Made by a program: the position numbers and the translations under genes | Assembly: GCA_964464475.1 (NCBI GenBank) | Contig: CAYXGG010000006.1 | Coordinates: 16,305-80,304, forward strand | DNA: 64,000 nucleotides | Reading direction: 5' to 3' | Source: an uncultured Planctomycetales bacterium | GTDB lineage: Bacteria; Omnitrophota; Gorgyraeia; Zapsychrales; JAHFFX01 | Notes under the pieces: model-generated | Databases searched by the model: none | Told to the model about the DNA's origin: nothing | What the model saw: only the letters and a program-made list of their open reading frames with translations | Shown: in pieces, positions 63,787 to 64,000 of the stretch | How the letters are laid out: every line of letters begins with the position of its first letter | Position numbering within the stretch: the stretch's first letter is position 1

Positions 63787-64000
63787 AGCGCTAACCTCAA
63801 TCCCGGCCCCATGGTCGTAGAAAGAAAAACAGATTTAATCAAGTTTCCTTTAACAGCCGCCGTTTTAGAGGCGCTGACCGCATCAATGACCTGCTGGGCA
63901 TTTTTCACTAATTGATCTTTTGTAAAAGAACGCTTCCCAATACCGACATGAACTCCAGCCTGTTTGTCCGACTTAAATTCAATTTTACCCGCCTTAACTT
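63783..64000 (-). CDS. rplA: 50S ribosomal protein L1, C-terminal part (gene continues beyond window end)
   Basis: Partial ORF ...[70 protein letters not shown]; its TGA overlaps the rplJ ATG. Confidence 0.6.
   Translation of the reverse strand, partial: VKAGKIEFKSDKQAGVHVGIGKRSFTKDQLVKNAQQVIDAVSASKTAAVKGNLIKSVFLSTTMGPGLRLAL

Overview
This window is a very gene-dense bacterial chromosomal segment (about 95 CDS, roughly 96% coding), and all but two CDS lie on the minus strand. Its right half (35.7-64.0 kb) is one uninterrupted ribosomal/transcription super-operon, running rplA(partial)-rplJ-rplL-rpoB-rpoC-rpsL-rpsG-fusA-tuf, then the S10/spc/alpha clusters (rpsJ through rplQ) with secY, adk, map, infA and rpmJ embedded. 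L30 is absent and S14 is the zinc (Z) type. The left half carries housekeeping genes: groESL with a sigma70 promoter and two CIRCE operators; coaX; uvrB; aroB; aroQ-pepP-efp-accB-accC-asp23-amaP; pfk; gmhA; hldE-C; thiE; lipB; a NAD-dependent dehydrogenase; pilT; aspC; and a tRNA-Gly(CCC). Interspersed are less ordinary loci. (1) A PilZ / Zn-ribbon / PilZ tricistron plus a 53-aa membrane peptide, divergently transcribed from a GspA/GspB-like pair (the only plus-strand genes). (2) A translationally coupled run of a PF01637-type AAA+ ATPase, a YfcE phosphoesterase, a HIT hydrolase, a dGTPase-like HD protein and a GAF-HD-GYP protein. (3) A stand-alone lipoyl-domain protein next to lipB and a glycolipid gene set (GT28, LPLAT, GT2). 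(4) A cell-envelope run of M23/LysM, SPOR, SH3b and S2P genes. Many neighbouring genes overlap (ATGA/ATGnTGA, and up to 59 nt for rpoC/rpsL). Several proteins carry Lys/Ala/Pro-rich tails. No CRISPR array, transposase, integrase or rRNA is present. I could not place the organism confidently; LPS-heptose genes and pilT/PilZ suggest a diderm. No single locus is unambiguously an undescribed system; the strongest candidates are flagged below.
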